DNA of 35,009 nucleotides from a virus (Duplodnaviria; Heunggongvirae; Uroviricota; Caudoviricetes): IMG/VR virus record IMGVR_UViG_3300031857_024897, positions 113,746 to 148,754 of that record; one strand, 5' to 3'. Shown piece by piece: positions 14,797 to 22,950 of this stretch (position 1 is its first letter; each line of letters starts with the position of its first letter). The notes under the pieces were generated by a model. It saw only the letters and a program-made list of their open reading frames with translations, ran no database searches and was not told where the DNA came from. The position numbers and the translations under genes were made by a program.

Positions 14797-15597
14797 TTAT
14801 ATATAGTCAAAAAGAATTGCCGTACCATTCCTAAGTTTACGCAATCCTTTCTCCTTAATCTGACGAATACGCTCTTTTGTTAGATCAAAGTCTTGTCCAA
14901 TCTCTTCAAGAGTTCTACATGAACCTGTTAGTCCGTAATAATCTTCAATTATGGTTCTTTCCCTGTCATCCAAGCTACCGAGAAGCTCAAAAAGTTTATC
15001 CCTGAGAACCTTGGTACTATTGAATGATTCATCCGGTCTACTAGCATCATTATTATAAATGACATCAACCAGAGTATCACCATCTTCATTTATTGGCTTA
15101 TCAAGCCAAATCATGCTAGGTAAGTTAGCATATTTATCAGATTTAAATCCAGTACCGTTCTCTATTGCTTTTTTTTCTTTCTGAACATCTTGTACGACAT
15201 TTACAGGAAGCCTTATCGTTCTAGCATTTTCATTGAGAGAGTAAAGGATTGACTGGCGAATCCACCAAACAGCATAAGAAATAAATTTAAGGTTTTTATT
15301 CCAGTCAAAATTTTGAGCTGCTTTCATTAGACCTATATTGCCTTCAGCGATCAAATCTGGAAGATCAAGACCTTGGTTCTGATATTGCTTAGCAATTGTA
15401 ATAACAAATCTAAGATTACCACGAACAAGCTCTTCGTTAATCTTTGAAACCTGGCTAGGCGTAAGTGTACCTGAACGCATCAAATCTGCAATTTCTTTTT
15501 CACGCTCAGTTGTCATAACTTCGATCTTTCTAAGATCTTTAAGATATGAGGAAATTTCAGCTTGATTAAATGGAATTGTTGTTTTCTTTTCTTTCAT
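14797..15597 (-). CDS. RNA polymerase sigma-70 family factor, Bacteroidota RpoD/SigA-like
   Basis: NLRFVITIAKQYQNQGLDLPDLIAEGNIGL, KFISYAVWWIRQSI and TLEEIGQDFDLTKERIRQIKEK; no region 1.1. Confidence 0.95.
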   Translation of the reverse strand: MKEKKTTIPFNQAEISSYLKDLRKIEVMTTEREKEIADLMRSGTLTPSQVSKINEELVRGNLRFVITIAKQYQNQGLDLPDLIAEGNIGLMKAAQNFDWNKNLKFISYAVWWIRQSILYSLNENARTIRLPVNVVQDVQKEKKAIENGTGFKSDKYANLPSMIWLDKPINEDGDTLVDVIYNNDASRPDESFNSTKVLRDKLFELLGSLDDRERTIIEDYYGLTGSCRTLEEIGQDFDLTKERIRQIKEKGLRKLRNGTAILFDYI

Positions 15598-16082
15598 ATT
15601 TGTTCCAAAAATTTTTTTTCTTCATTTGTGAGAGAGGATATGCCTTGTTCATTTATCTTGTCCAAGATAGTATCCATATTGAACACACCATCGGTAAAAT
15701 TGTTGTTACAAATGGTATTATACTCATAATCCTCATCATCTTCATCATCATAATAATCAAAGATTGTTGGATTAGTTATATTGATAAATAATTCATATTC
15801 TTCTTTATCACGGAAGCTTAACACAGATGAATCATCTACAACAGTCAAAAAATAAACATTATAAATAGAATTTAGAGGCTCACGTAGTTTACTATCAATA
15901 TGTTGACAATTCATCTCGCTCATAAAATGAAACATGATTGAATCTCTAGTCCTATAGAACGTAATATCTTGTTTTGTAATATCAAATTTTGGTGCAATAA
16001 TCTCAACAATTTCACCAAATGTTTGCATGATTTCATTTTGCGTAATGCCAGTCTTATTACAAATTAAGTAGTATCTAGTCAT
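15594..16082 (-). CDS. Hypothetical protein with DUF6576-like C-terminal motif
   Basis: Ends MDTILDKINEQGISSLTNEEKKFLEQI; ATG at 16082 (the track TTG start lies inside the promoter); ATGA-coupled to the sigma gene. Confidence 0.75.
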   Translation of the reverse strand: MTRYYLICNKTGITQNEIMQTFGEIVEIIAPKFDITKQDITFYRTRDSIMFHFMSEMNCQHIDSKLREPLNSIYNVYFLTVVDDSSVLSFRDKEEYELFINITNPTIFDYYDDEDDEDYEYNTICNNNFTDGVFNMDTILDKINEQGISSLTNEEKKFLEQI

Positions 16083-16091
16083 ATCGTTCTG

Positions 16092-16122
16092 CAAAGGTAA
16101 TATTTTTTTTTTGATAATTAAA
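16092..16122 (-). promoter_or_regulatory. Bacteroidota-type promoter upstream of the DUF6576-sigma operon
   Basis: Minus strand TTTA-N19-TACCTTTG, 9 nt upstream of the ATG at 16082. Confidence 0.7.
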
Positions 16123-18454
16123 TTAATTCACTAATATTTTCAGATTTTTTAATCTGGCAGATATTGTCTGCCCAATTGTCTATCATTGGGTTATGCGAGA
16201 TAACAAATATTTTTTCAAAATATTCTCTAATCTTGAAGAAAAAATTGCCAACTAATTCTAAATTGTCATTTGATATTTTACCAAACACCTCATCCATTAC
16301 TATAATGTTTGGTTTTGGAAGCGAACATATTTTAGACAAAACGGATCTTATGGCTAGAGATGAAATTGTCTTTTCGTATCCAGACCCGCTATTAAGCAAT
16401 TTTTCAATTCCCGTAGAATTGTCTATCATGTAGAACTCAACATCATTCTTATCTGAAATCTTGATTTCAACTTTGAATGGTGCACTATCTTTTAACAATC
16501 TTTGAAGCTCATTGTTTATTATTGGTAACATAGTTTTCATTATATACTTACTAATACCATGTTTGCCAAACAACTCTAGATATATTTTATATATTTTTTC
16601 TTTCTCAGCTTCCTCTTCTATTTGCCGGATAAAATTGTAATTAGAGTCTATTTTATCATGATGATTTTTAATTTGCACTATTGCAAATGTTATTTTTTCA
16701 TCAAGTTTCCTTTTAGCTTGCGTAAGTTCTTCTAAACGATATTTAGCTTTCAAAAGTTTTGACTCTATCTCATTATTTTTGTTAATTTTTTCCTGGATTT
16801 CAAGGTAATCCGAAATTTTTTCTTTAGCTGAATTTATTTTTAGCTCTAAAGATTCTTTTGTTATCTCATATTTTGAATAAATTAATGAATTTTTTTCATA
16901 AAGATCAAACTTTTCTCTTAATACAATAAGAGCTTTTTTTTCTTTTTTACATGTTTCAAGTTCAAGAACTAAAGAGTTTTTCTTCTGATAGAGTTTTTCC
17001 AAATCCATCAATTTGTTTTTAACAAGAATGGCATTAATAATATCAATACCGCAATGTTCACACTTTATACCACCATCAACAGAGTTTTTTAACTCCTCTA
17101 ACTCTGATATCTTAGAATCAATAGTTGTCAACTCAACATATATATCATTACACGCATCATTCAATTTATCGTAAACCTGTTCATCATAAAACTGATCAGG
17201 TTTAACAAGGTAAAGATTAGACATTTCTTTAATTGTATTGCTATATTGGATATTTAGTTTTTCTAACTCAGAATTTAATGTATCCAAATTTGTTGCAGCC
17301 AAAACCGAATCAATGTCTGTGTGTTTAGAAGCCATCAACTCCTCCCTATATGATGTCCCTATTTTAATCTTTTCCTCAATTTCAGATAAAGCATTTTTGT
17401 CTATTTCTAGACATTCTTGAAATGTATCGATAAACTCTAAGTTTTTTTCAATATCCTGTTTTAGAGTTTCTTTGTTATATATATTGGAGATTAATCCCTT
17501 AGAGAATGTAGAGTATATTTCTTTGGCGATTTCTTCTTTTCTTTTTAAGAATTCTAACCCTAAAAACTTACTTAAAATTTGTCCTCTGGCTGTTGGTTTA
17601 GACTCAATCAAATCTTCTAGATTTGATCCTGTCGTAAGGATTGTCATCAAAAAGTCCTCTTGTTCTCCAATCGATGATTTTATGAATTTTTCTGTTTCAC
17701 GACGTTGCTCACCTGTTAAACTTTGCAAAGATCCGTCTTTATTTTTCTTTATAAAATCTAATTCCGCTTTTACTGAATAATCCCCACTCTTGTTCTTTTT
17801 ACGCTCAAGAGTCCTAATAATAAAATAATCATCGCCATCAATAGTAACCTCACCTTTAACAACTACTTTGTTTTTGTCTGTAAACTTATTGAATATATCC
17901 TCATTTTTTGTCGTTTTAGTTGTCGTATTGAAGAATAGAAAAAGCAGAAGATCTACCGCCAGGACTGTTTTACCCCCAAAGTTAGGTGGATTCGAGGTTA
18001 TAACTGTAATACCATTGTATTTGGTAAAGTCAATAACTTGATTCTCACCGAAGGACATAAAATTAGAAAATTCAATTCTTTTTAATGACCATTTTTTAAA
18101 TGCGGAGATGTCTTCATACCTAGAAATGAGTAGATCTTCTACTTGTTTATCCAATAAGTAAACGTCAGCAGCGAAATCATTGTATGATTTAGAGTCCAAA
18201 TACATATCAATTAACGACTTCTGATAATTCTTATCCATGATATTGTATGATACATCAATTGTTTGCATGGTCATCTCATCGTCCTGACTAGAGTCCACTG
18301 TGATAACATTTATATTTGTTGTACCATACTTTTTAGAAAAGTATTGCTTAACGCTTTTTATGCGTTCTTGTGTGAAGTTATGTGGTTCATCTTCCCAAAT
18401 AACTTGTACGTTAGGTGTATATTTTTCCTCAATATCAGTTACTTCGCTGCTCAT
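16118..18454 (-). CDS. sbcC: SbcC/Rad50/gp46-like ABC ATPase with ~120 aa N-terminal extension
   Basis: IEFSNFMSFG; Walker A NFGGKT; zinc hook CEHC; signature SGYEK; Walker B IVMDEVFG; H-loop ISHN. Confidence 0.93.
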   Translation of the reverse strand: MSSEVTDIEEKYTPNVQVIWEDEPHNFTQERIKSVKQYFSKKYGTTNINVITVDSSQDDEMTMQTIDVSYNIMDKNYQKSLIDMYLDSKSYNDFAADVYLLDKQVEDLLISRYEDISAFKKWSLKRIEFSNFMSFGENQVIDFTKYNGITVITSNPPNFGGKTVLAVDLLLFLFFNTTTKTTKNEDIFNKFTDKNKVVVKGEVTIDGDDYFIIRTLERKKNKSGDYSVKAELDFIKKNKDGSLQSLTGEQRRETEKFIKSSIGEQEDFLMTILTTGSNLEDLIESKPTARGQILSKFLGLEFLKRKEEIAKEIYSTFSKGLISNIYNKETLKQDIEKNLEFIDTFQECLEIDKNALSEIEEKIKIGTSYREELMASKHTDIDSVLAATNLDTLNSELEKLNIQYSNTIKEMSNLYLVKPDQFYDEQVYDKLNDACNDIYVELTTIDSKISELEELKNSVDGGIKCEHCGIDIINAILVKNKLMDLEKLYQKKNSLVLELETCKKEKKALIVLREKFDLYEKNSLIYSKYEITKESLELKINSAKEKISDYLEIQEKINKNNEIESKLLKAKYRLEELTQAKRKLDEKITFAIVQIKNHHDKIDSNYNFIRQIEEEAEKEKIYKIYLELFGKHGISKYIMKTMLPIINNELQRLLKDSAPFKVEIKISDKNDVEFYMIDNSTGIEKLLNSGSGYEKTISSLAIRSVLSKICSLPKPNIIVMDEVFGKISNDNLELVGNFFFKIREYFEKIFVISHNPMIDNWADNICQIKKSENISELI

Positions 18455-18463
18455 TTTTCTTAA

Positions 18464-18670
18464 TTAAAGGTTTTGCTGGACGTTTATTTGGGGTGAGGGT
18501 TGTTCCTCAACTTCTGAAGTTAGCTCTGTTTCAGCCGAGGCTTTATTCTTTTCAATTGACTCTAGAAGAGTTTTAAATGCCTTACGCTGCCGATTAATAT
18601 CCTCTGAAATTCTTTGGTTCCTACTTTGAACACGTTGTTTGTGACCTTTTCTGTTTTTTGATTTTGCCAT
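18464..18670 (-). CDS. Small protein with basic N-terminus (68 aa)
   Basis: MAKSKNRKGHKQRVQSRNQRI... Confidence 0.75.
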   Translation of the reverse strand: MAKSKNRKGHKQRVQSRNQRISEDINRQRKAFKTLLESIEKNKASAETELTSEVEEQPSPQINVQQNL

Positions 18671-18684
18671 AGTTTTAGTTTTTT

Positions 18685-19053
18685 TTATTTTTTATTTTCT
18701 TCGAACCATTCGATTACACTGTTTAATGCCCAAACGCTTCCTGAGGCGAATAAGCCATCAACAAAGACGACAAGGCTTTCTTTCAGTATAGAATCGATTC
18801 CACTACCAAAATGTCTGTATTCATCAATATAAGAAATATATGGTGAGAACAATACGAATGATAAGAAGAACCCAACCCATGTTGATGTACACATAACACA
18901 GCTTAGTAGCTGAAGCACAAAGGTACTAATATTTGATATAACAGGTATCCTATTTTCCCTTAAAAAGTTTTTAAATCCATTAAAAATGGAACCGTATACC
19001 AAAATGTTTGTACAACCGTATGCGATAAAAATCCAAATAAGTAATTTAATCAT
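18685..19053 (-). CDS. DUF1360-like membrane protein
   Basis: Hydrophobic helices with LLSCVMCTSTWVG (CxxCxxxW). Confidence 0.7.
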   Translation of the reverse strand: MIKLLIWIFIAYGCTNILVYGSIFNGFKNFLRENRIPVISNISTFVLQLLSCVMCTSTWVGFFLSFVLFSPYISYIDEYRHFGSGIDSILKESLVVFVDGLFASGSVWALNSVIEWFEENKK

Positions 19054-19484
19054 AATTGATCTTTTAAATTTGTTGTTCTCAAAAACGTTGCTGATTGAGA
19101 TATTGATTTAGTTTTTATTGCCGATAGCTCATCTTCTTTAGCTTGCAATTCAGATCTCAGGGTTTGTAATGTATTTGACAACTTAGACATTTTATCTCGT
19201 AAGTCTAACGTTTCTTTTTCGACAAGCTCACTACAATCTTTATCTTGAATCACCGACACCTCTTTAATAATTTCCCTGTCTACATATTTAATAACCTCCT
19301 TTTCTATTATCTCGATTTGTTTTTCAGGCTCTGATCCACCTAATAATCCATATTTTTTAATATCAAAACCTTGTTTTAAACATTGAAGTAAAAACTTTTC
19401 AATATCAGATATTGAATTTAAGTGACAATATTCCTGAATTGTAGAATACAATTCATTATGAATTGATAAGTTTTTCATCTCCAT
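19050..19484 (-). CDS. Hypothetical protein with C-terminal coiled-coil
   Basis: Coupled to both neighbours; EKEVIKYVDREIIKEV segment followed by heptads. Confidence 0.78.
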   Translation of the reverse strand: MEMKNLSIHNELYSTIQEYCHLNSISDIEKFLLQCLKQGFDIKKYGLLGGSEPEKQIEIIEKEVIKYVDREIIKEVSVIQDKDCSELVEKETLDLRDKMSKLSNTLQTLRSELQAKEDELSAIKTKSISQSATFLRTTNLKDQL

Positions 19485-20235
19485 TAATTATATCATCAAT
19501 ACTAGTAATTTTAAAAGAAAGATAAGACCTGGGGTTTTTAATGTCAAAAAACGTATATTCATCAATTTCTAGATCATAAAGGCCATAGCCATGATAACTA
19601 ACTGACTCACCATAATCTTGCTGAATAAAAGAGCCAACCATATATGCTTTCTTATTATTAGGAATATTAAAAACTTGTCTTTTGTGTATATCGCCACATA
19701 ATACTACGTCGCAGCCTGAAAATTTATTAGTATCATAACCTTCAGTAAAAACGTGGCCAACATCTGTTTTTAACCCATGAACCGCACCGTGAAATATACC
19801 TATGTTTTTTTTATCTGAAAAAACAAAGTCAGGTGGTATATTATGGTCCATTAATGAATATACACACCAATTAACATTGGAATCTTCATAGATGCCTCTA
19901 TTTTTGTAGTAAACAATATTTTTATTATTTAAAGATTCAACAACAGGAGTTATAGCGTCTAGTCGACCCATATTTGCCTCCAAAAAGTCATGATTACCTG
20001 GTATGATAATTGTTTTACATATTTTAGAACATTCCACCAATACCCAAGCAATCATGTCTATCAATTCTGGTGACATTTGGTTTTTAGAATGAACCAAGTC
20101 ACCAGAAAAAACAATTCTATCAGGATTATGTCCACGCCACTCAGAAAAGGCTTTATTTAATAATAAACGATATAATTCGTGATCTTTATATATTTTAAGG
20201 TGTAAGTCCGAGAAGTGAATTATTTTCTTTATCAT
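19456..20235 (-). CDS. sbcD: SbcD/Mre11/gp47-like metallophosphoesterase nuclease (catalytic domain only)
   Basis: SDLH, GDLVH, GNHD, FHG and GDIHKRQ motifs; likely start MIKKII at 20235. Confidence 0.9.
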   Translation of the reverse strand: MIKKIIHFSDLHLKIYKDHELYRLLLNKAFSEWRGHNPDRIVFSGDLVHSKNQMSPELIDMIAWVLVECSKICKTIIIPGNHDFLEANMGRLDAITPVVESLNNKNIVYYKNRGIYEDSNVNWCVYSLMDHNIPPDFVFSDKKNIGIFHGAVHGLKTDVGHVFTEGYDTNKFSGCDVVLCGDIHKRQVFNIPNNKKAYMVGSFIQQDYGESVSYHGYGLYDLEIDEYTFFDIKNPRSYLSFKITSIDDIINGDEKLINS

Positions 20236-20446
20236 TAGATTCTTGTGTGTCAAAAATATTAAATTCTTTATTTATGTGGTTGCATTGATTACAACAATAA
20301 ACGCTAATAGGTGCAATAGCATCTTGACTCTCCCCAAGCATAATCCTAGACACTTTTTTCAGTATAAAAGCTTCTTTGAAGAGTTTCGATCCGCATTTTT
20401 CGCAAGATATATTAGGTTGTGATCTTAAATCAATTTTTGAATCCAT
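20195..20446 (-). CDS. Small zinc-ribbon protein
   Basis: CEKC and CNQC pairs. Confidence 0.8.
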   Translation of the reverse strand: MDSKIDLRSQPNISCEKCGSKLFKEAFILKKVSRIMLGESQDAIAPISVYCCNQCNHINKEFNIFDTQESNDKENNSLLGLTP

Positions 20447-20475
20447 AGTAATTTTAATTTATTTTTAGTTTATTG

Positions 20476-21333
20476 TCAAATTTTGTGTAATTTAAAATCG
20501 TATTGTAAAACACGATTTGTTATGTTTTGAGGAACCCTATACTCAGAATACATTGAGTCCTCATTCAAATGAACCACAATGCAACCTAATAATTTTGTAT
20601 TTTCAAATTCAGTTCCTTCAAGCATTTTTAGAAGCAATTTCCCATATAATGGCAACTGTAAATAATAGTGCCCTAAAGCAGTATCGTCTATATCGTCAAA
20701 AGGTGGTTTTAACTTTTTAGTATATTTGTTAGGAACAAAATTCTTAGATTGATTCGTTTTCCAGTCTGTGATAGCAATTCCAATTTCACCTCTAGATTTA
20801 GATTCAAATAACCATACTTTATCTGGTTGACCAACGTACCCCAATTCAGGATGACCTATTACCATCTCAGTATCCAATAATATACCACCACGTTCTTTCA
20901 TAAGTTTAAGATATTTGTTACCGGCGGATATCATTTTATCACTAGCTAATAACTGGTATCTATCACATTCAAAAACAGGTTCTCTAAGAGTTTTTCTTAA
21001 ATTAAAAAGATCTACAGAAGTTTGCTCTAAAAAATAATGTACACGATTACCAAGATTGACAGCTTTATCTCCTGATTCTTTCCATTTAAGTAATAGTTCA
21101 TTCTTTTTCTGTGTATTACCTTTTGATATTTGTTCAGAAATTTGTTCGGCATCAAACTCGTCATAAAATTTTTTAATAACTTTAGTAACGGAAGGATAAT
21201 TATCACGTATATTACCATTAGAATCTATCATATGGTAGATGTGTGTATCTTCAAAAAACTTTAGTGAAAGTTCCTCTCTTTTTGTTTCAAAAACTTTTCT
21301 AAGCTCATTAGCCGTGTCATTTATATTCATCAT
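20476..21333 (-). CDS. PD-(D/E)XK exonuclease (phage/Cas4-like superfamily)
   Basis: GNRVH, TE, GQPD, DWKT and QLPLY motifs. Confidence 0.88.
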   Translation of the reverse strand: MMNINDTANELRKVFETKREELSLKFFEDTHIYHMIDSNGNIRDNYPSVTKVIKKFYDEFDAEQISEQISKGNTQKKNELLLKWKESGDKAVNLGNRVHYFLEQTSVDLFNLRKTLREPVFECDRYQLLASDKMISAGNKYLKLMKERGGILLDTEMVIGHPELGYVGQPDKVWLFESKSRGEIGIAITDWKTNQSKNFVPNKYTKKLKPPFDDIDDTALGHYYLQLPLYGKLLLKMLEGTEFENTKLLGCIVVHLNEDSMYSEYRVPQNITNRVLQYDFKLHKI

Positions 21334-22248
21334 TTATTTTATTTCATAATAATATTCGTTTATTTTTCCCCTCAAATCGCAGACATCTTTATCTGCCGGT
21401 AGTTTTAAAACCCTAATCTTACCGTATAATACCCCCCCATTTAGCTCATGATATAGTTTTAGTGCGTTATCAAAAGCATCTCCATCGAGGCATATAGTAA
21501 TATTACCCTTTGCCTTGTTATATAATGCTTCAAAAAGAATATTTGGTAAATGTTTACCTAACAAGGGAATGCTATTGTTTAGAAAAAAAGAGTCGAACAC
21601 CCCCTCAACTAAAAAAATATCATCGGACCAATTAATAAGGTGTTCATTAAAAATAATCAACTCCTTTTCAGCCTCAGGATTTTTATATTTTGCTCGTGAT
21701 TTTGTGTTCCAAGATCTTCCAATATAATAATTTAATTCATTGTTACTATCGTATGACGGTACTATAATTCTACCTTTGTAATCTCCTTTGGCCGCAAAAC
21801 CTATTTTATATTTGTTTATTATTTCTTCTGTAATACCTCTAGACTTCAAATAATTTATAGCCTCAAGATACGGAGGATACCGTTTATTTGATTCACTTAA
21901 TAACACGAAATCTTCAGGTAGTTTTATTTTCTTCCTAAAATGCGTAACTTGTTCCGAATCTTTCGGTCTTATTAAATTGTAAAGTTTTTTTAGCCTTTTA
22001 TCACCATATAATTCAAATAGCTTACCCAGAGGACCATGCATTTTGCTATAATCCCCACAAGACCAGCAGTGAAATAAATGTTTAGAATACGATATTTCTA
22101 GGTTGCCTTTCCCATCCCCAGATTCTAATCCTTTTAATTCTGAACAATTTGGACAATCATATGATATCTGGGATTTGTTGGGATAGTGAGCTTTATGCTG
22201 ACCCAACAGATCATCCAACAAGGTTATTATTACATCATGCTCTTCCAT
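21334..22248 (-). CDS. DNA primase (zinc finger plus TOPRIM)
   Basis: CPNC...HCWSC, YLKSRGI, LVEGVFD, CLDGD and KDVCD; likely start MEEHD at 22248. Confidence 0.92.
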   Translation of the reverse strand: MEEHDVIITLLDDLLGQHKAHYPNKSQISYDCPNCSELKGLESGDGKGNLEISYSKHLFHCWSCGDYSKMHGPLGKLFELYGDKRLKKLYNLIRPKDSEQVTHFRKKIKLPEDFVLLSESNKRYPPYLEAINYLKSRGITEEIINKYKIGFAAKGDYKGRIIVPSYDSNNELNYYIGRSWNTKSRAKYKNPEAEKELIIFNEHLINWSDDIFLVEGVFDSFFLNNSIPLLGKHLPNILFEALYNKAKGNITICLDGDAFDNALKLYHELNGGVLYGKIRVLKLPADKDVCDLRGKINEYYYEIK

Positions 22249-22252
22249 AGAA

Positions 22253-22260
22253 CAAAGGTA
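22253..22260 (-). promoter_or_regulatory. Bacteroidota -7 element TACCTTTG
   Basis: Only 4 nt (TTCT) separate it from the primase ATG; no -33 TTTG at canonical spacing. Confidence 0.65.
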
Positions 22261-22296
22261 ATAAATTAATTTCAATAAAAAAAACAAGAAATAAAT

Positions 22297-22899
22297 TTAA
22301 CTCCAAATGCCTTCCTTTTTTAGGAACCCTAACGCACAACAATACGCATCAGTACTATCGAAATTTTCTTTTTTCAACGTATTATTTTTAGTAAATAACC
22401 ATTGAATTTGCGGTTCACGTTTAGAGACTAATTCCCATATTACCATTTTTTTATCAACATCCTTTGGATACCCACCAAACAAGACATTTTTACCCTTATC
22501 ATTTTTCTGTAAAAGTTCAGGAAAGGCATTTTTCCTGGATTCATATGTTGTGATAAAATCAGGAACAATACCTAATACTTCATAAACCTCTCTAAATATT
22601 AGAGTGTTAAACCTAAGTAGCGTACCTATTGTATATGCATTATTAGAGTTCAATAACGGCTCTTCAATAACAACATGTGTGATATTTAAACTAGAATACG
22701 CTTCTAACTTTGATCTAAACATATTAGATTTTAATATTAGTTCTTCCAGTTTATTTCCAACTTCAGGTTTTGGCCTGGGGGATACATGCGTTAATTCTAA
22801 TAATTCTTTAGTCGCAATATCAAATAATGCGATCCCAATAGTTTTAGTTGAAACGTCCAATCCTAGAATTTTTGGGTTATTTACAATAGTTTCACTCAT
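22297..22899 (-). CDS. RuvC-like Holliday junction resolvase
   Basis: ILGLDVSTKTIG, VVIEEP and DSTDA acidic catalytic motifs. Confidence 0.85.
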   Translation of the reverse strand: MSETIVNNPKILGLDVSTKTIGIALFDIATKELLELTHVSPRPKPEVGNKLEELILKSNMFRSKLEAYSSLNITHVVIEEPLLNSNNAYTIGTLLRFNTLIFREVYEVLGIVPDFITTYESRKNAFPELLQKNDKGKNVLFGGYPKDVDKKMVIWELVSKREPQIQWLFTKNNTLKKENFDSTDAYCCALGFLKKEGIWS

Positions 22900-22950
22900 A
22901 TAATAAATTATTGATACAATAATAGTTAAATATGTTGTAATTGTGAATTA

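Noticed and set aside
20476-21333. Cas4-like nuclease as evidence of a CRISPR-Cas system
   Set aside because: No array or other cas genes in the window; it sits in a standard replication/recombination operon.
22249-22287. Track N-terminal extensions (primase MFFLLKLIYYLCS; also 16083-16094, 26566-26685, 27482-27517)
   Set aside because: They translate promoter DNA or overlap the upstream gene; downstream ATGs fit the gene packing better.
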